From Marinobacter sp. (GTDB lineage: Bacteria; Pseudomonadota; Gammaproteobacteria; Pseudomonadales; Oleiphilaceae), in the NCBI GenBank assembly GCA_030457765.1, contig JAKDUK010000005.1, positions 12,484 to 76,483 on the forward strand: a stretch of DNA of 64,000 bases, given 5' to 3'. Shown here piece by piece: positions 61,406 through 64,000 of this stretch (position 1 is the first letter of the stretch; each line of letters opens with the position of its first letter). Below the pieces are notes generated by a model. It ran no database searches. It had not been told where the DNA came from and was given only the letters and a program-made list of their open reading frames with translations. The position numbers and the translations under genes were made by a program.

Positions 61406-63192
61406 AAAGGCTGATTATTTCCTCTATTCGGCTGACGGTTTTGGCGGCGTTGATGATTCTCTGGCTACCAGCCTTTGCCGGCGAGCTCACCGCTGAGCCA
61501 GACAAAACGCGGCTGTACGAAGGCGATGTTTTGACGCTTACCGTTAAAGGCAGCACAAAAATCGACATTAGCCTGAGTAATATTTTCGATTTTGATATCT
61601 CCAGCCTGCCTGCGCCGGATATTGAAAAGGTATCCCCAGACTTCGACATACTGGCCCGCAATCAGCGTTACAGCATTCGCACTATAAACGGCGACATGGT
61701 TGGAGAAATAACCTGGACCTACCAGCTGTCGCCCAAATCAACCGGCAAGTTAACCATTCCAGCGCTTACCTTTCAGAATGCTGTATCCAAACCCCTGACC
61801 ATAGATGTGGTAGACGGCACTCCGCCAGATCAGGCGGCTGAAAACCGGGACAGCTTTATTGAACTAACGGCCGACAAAGCAGATGTCTATGTTCAGGAGC
61901 AGCTTATTCTTACCGTTCGACTGTTCTTTCGGGGCAACCTTATTCGAGGCGAACTGTCCGATCCTCAACACCCTAATGCCCTTATCGAAACTCTGGGGAA
62001 ACAAAAAGAATCGTCACGCATGCGCGACGGTGTACGTTACCGGGTAGTAGAACGGCGATATGCGTTGTTTCCACAAAAACCTGGCACATTGAACCTGCCC
62101 GCTATTCGTTTTGAAGGCCAGGCAAGAGGCGCCGATGGCTCGCTTAAGTTTCTTCGGGACAGCGCCGAACTTTTTGAAGTGCATGTGAAAGATGTGCCTG
62201 CAGAGTTCAGTGGTTCAACCTGGCTGCCGGCGACCGACCTTACGCTAGCTGAGGCTGGCATGCCGCCCGCCCTGAATCTGAGTACCGGAGACAACCTCAC
62301 ACGCACTCTGAGTTTGCAAGCTACTGGTTTGCCCTCAGAGACCCTGCCTCCCCTGCCAGACTCTGTACCGGACGGGCTTCGTATTTATCCCGAAAGCCCC
62401 CAGCGAGACACCAGTTCCGGACCAAATGGTATTACGTCAACCCTGACCCAAACACGGGCGTTGGTTCCTGTATCTCCGGGCAAGCTCACACTCCCGGCGA
62501 TTCGTATTCCCTGGTGGGATACGGAGTCGAACAGTGAAAAAGTAGCCTTGATCCCCGCGCAAACCCTGAATGTGGCCAGTGCGGGTGAAAACAATGGGGC
62601 TGTGCCCGCGGCCGGCCCGGCAGATAACCAGAGCACCCCTCCAGAAACTGGCAACAAAGAGAGAACCTTCAACGCTACAGGTAACACCGGCGGCAATCAC
62701 TTTTGGCAGTGGATCAGTCTTGCGCTGGCCGGGATCTGGATACTGACCATGCTGGCCTGGTGGCGAACGCGTCGCATGACCCAACAATCGCCGGCTAACA
62801 CAGAACCTCCCAGTCCTGGAAACGAGCAAGCAGCATTCGAGAAGTTACTTAATGCTGCAAAGAAAGGCCATGCCGCTACGTCCGGTTTATTCATAAGCTG
62901 GGCTGGTATGCGCTTGCCTGGCCACGACTTTTGCTCAGTGGCAGATGTTTTTCGGGCATTCCCAGAACCTGATCTGGAAGCGGAACTCGGAAAGCTACAA
63001 GCGTACCTATTCAGCCAAAATCATGCAGCTGGAAAGAATCATACAGAGGATAGTAGCGGGAATAGAAACGATGCCTGGGACGGCACCGCGTTGACTCAGG
63101 CTCTTAAACAAGCTCGGAGAAGGATGGAAAACGGGGTTTCAGAATCGGGTTTGCCACCGCTTTACCCCGGTAACCTTTCGGTGTCGGGGTAA
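61399..63192 (+). CDS. BatD-family protein
   Basis: Signal peptide, Ig-like repeats ('YVQEQ', 'WLPA', 'IPWWD'), C-terminal TM and 'LPPLYP'. Confidence 0.88.
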   Translation: MVKRLIISSIRLTVLAALMILWLPAFAGELTAEPDKTRLYEGDVLTLTVKGSTKIDISLSNIFDFDISSLPAPDIEKVSPDFDILARNQRYSIRTINGDMVGEITWTYQLSPKSTGKLTIPALTFQNAVSKPLTIDVVDGTPPDQAAENRDSFIELTADKADVYVQEQLILTVRLFFRGNLIRGELSDPQHPNALIETLGKQKESSRMRDGVRYRVVERRYALFPQKPGTLNLPAIRFEGQARGADGSLKFLRDSAELFEVHVKDVPAEFSGSTWLPATDLTLAEAGMPPALNLSTGDNLTRTLSLQATGLPSETLPPLPDSVPDGLRIYPESPQRDTSSGPNGITSTLTQTRALVPVSPGKLTLPAIRIPWWDTESNSEKVALIPAQTLNVASAGENNGAVPAAGPADNQSTPPETGNKERTFNATGNTGGNHFWQWISLALAGIWILTMLAWWRTRRMTQQSPANTEPPSPGNEQAAFEKLLNAAKKGHAATSGLFISWAGMRLPGHDFCSVADVFRAFPEPDLEAELGKLQAYLFSQNHAAGKNHTEDSSGNRNDAWDGTALTQALKQARRRMENGVSESGLPPLYPGNLSVSG

Positions 63193-63219
63193 AGGGTATG
63201 CGCCATGCACAGCAGCGGC

Positions 63220-64000
63220 TCATTCAATCAACTGCTTATCGATGACCAACTCTACGGGCGCATCCTGATTTTCCGAAACCGCAACGGGCGAATCTGTGCT
63301 GCCCTGCCAGTCGCCCGACTGGGCGCTGATGTTACCCGAACGTGTTAAGCGGGCTGTTACGACCACCTTTTCTACGCCAGATATCACCGCTTGCGGCGCC
63401 ATGGCATGACTGTCGTCCAACCGAATCTCTATGGGCAAATCGCCAGCGGTTAATCTAACGACAGCCAAGGGTGGACCTGACTGCACATTGGCTGCTCGGG
63501 CAAACAGAAACAGGGTGGTGTCTGCTGGAATGTCTTTTTGGAGGGCCTCATCCAGAGTCACCCGAACGGTTACGCCCAAGCGATTAGCGTCTGAGGCATT
63601 CTCCGAAGATTGAAAAGCAGGTTTTGCGGCCGGCGGCTGCTCACCAAGGCGCGAATAGGCTTCTTTTATACCGCCCTGAATAGAGGCCAACTGCGGATGA
63701 TCAGGCGCTACCGTCTCGACACGCTCCCAGTACTCGATTGCATCGCGGTAGTTGCCTTGGCTAAACGCGTGAATGCCCAGCAACCCAAGAGAGTTAACCT
63801 CATCAGGGTTCAACGCCCTCGCCTCTTCAATGGTAGACGTTACCTTGTCGGTCATCGTGCCTTGGCTGCGAAAAAACTGCGCCTGGGCAGCCAGGCCCAA
63901 AGCCACGGCCCGGGAATTGTCATCGGAGCTAACACTATCAGCCAGCTTGCGAAACGCCCAGGCAGCGTCTTCATGGCGCTCTAATCGCATGTATGTTTGC
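63220..64000 (-). CDS. ccmI: Cytochrome c biogenesis protein CcmI/CycH, 5' part outside the window
   Basis: TPR 'LGLLGIHAF...AIEYW' and C-terminal 'PPLAVVRL...LP..I.LDDS.AM..' / 'ARL..SG'. Confidence 0.85.
   Translation of the reverse strand, partial: QTYMRLERHEDAAWAFRKLADSVSSDDNSRAVALGLAAQAQFFRSQGTMTDKVTSTIEEARALNPDEVNSLGLLGIHAFSQGNYRDAIEYWERVETVAPDHPQLASIQGGIKEAYSRLGEQPPAAKPAFQSSENASDANRLGVTVRVTLDEALQKDIPADTTLFLFARAANVQSGPPLAVVRLTAGDLPIEIRLDDSHAMAPQAVISGVEKVVVTARLTRSGNISAQSGDWQGSTDSPVAVSENQDAPVELVIDKQLIE

Overview
Bacterial chromosomal window from a gammaproteobacterium. Gene content and order (nqrABCDEF-apbE-nqrM-sthA, long-form gap, mfd-csiV, psrA, large NAD-GDH, moxR-bat, ccmI) suggest Marinobacter or a relative; this is an inference. 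Positions ~23.5-64 kb are mostly housekeeping genes. Positions 1-23.4 kb, just 5' of dusA, are a patchwork of accessory modules: an Fe-siderophore ABC transporter, a LysR/DMT pair, a 7-alpha-hydroxysteroid dehydrogenase (hdhA), a four-gene metal/redox module, a Rid/TRAP locus and a sigma54 alcohol-oxidation operon. The metal/redox module comprises a His-depleted hemerythrin-like protein, an Flp-like Crp/Fnr regulator, a CxxC chaperone and a CPG-motif P1B-ATPase. The alcohol operon comprises an AcoR-like activator, a QbdB/SphA-type outer-membrane protein, a type II quinohemoprotein PQQ-ADH and a FeaB-like ALDH, followed by a PqqU/YncD-type TonB receptor; no pqq biosynthesis genes are in the window. 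These two modules are the best candidates for an undescribed system. I found no rRNA, tRNA, CRISPR array, integrase or transposase. All calls come from motif recognition and recalled homologues; no database searches were run.
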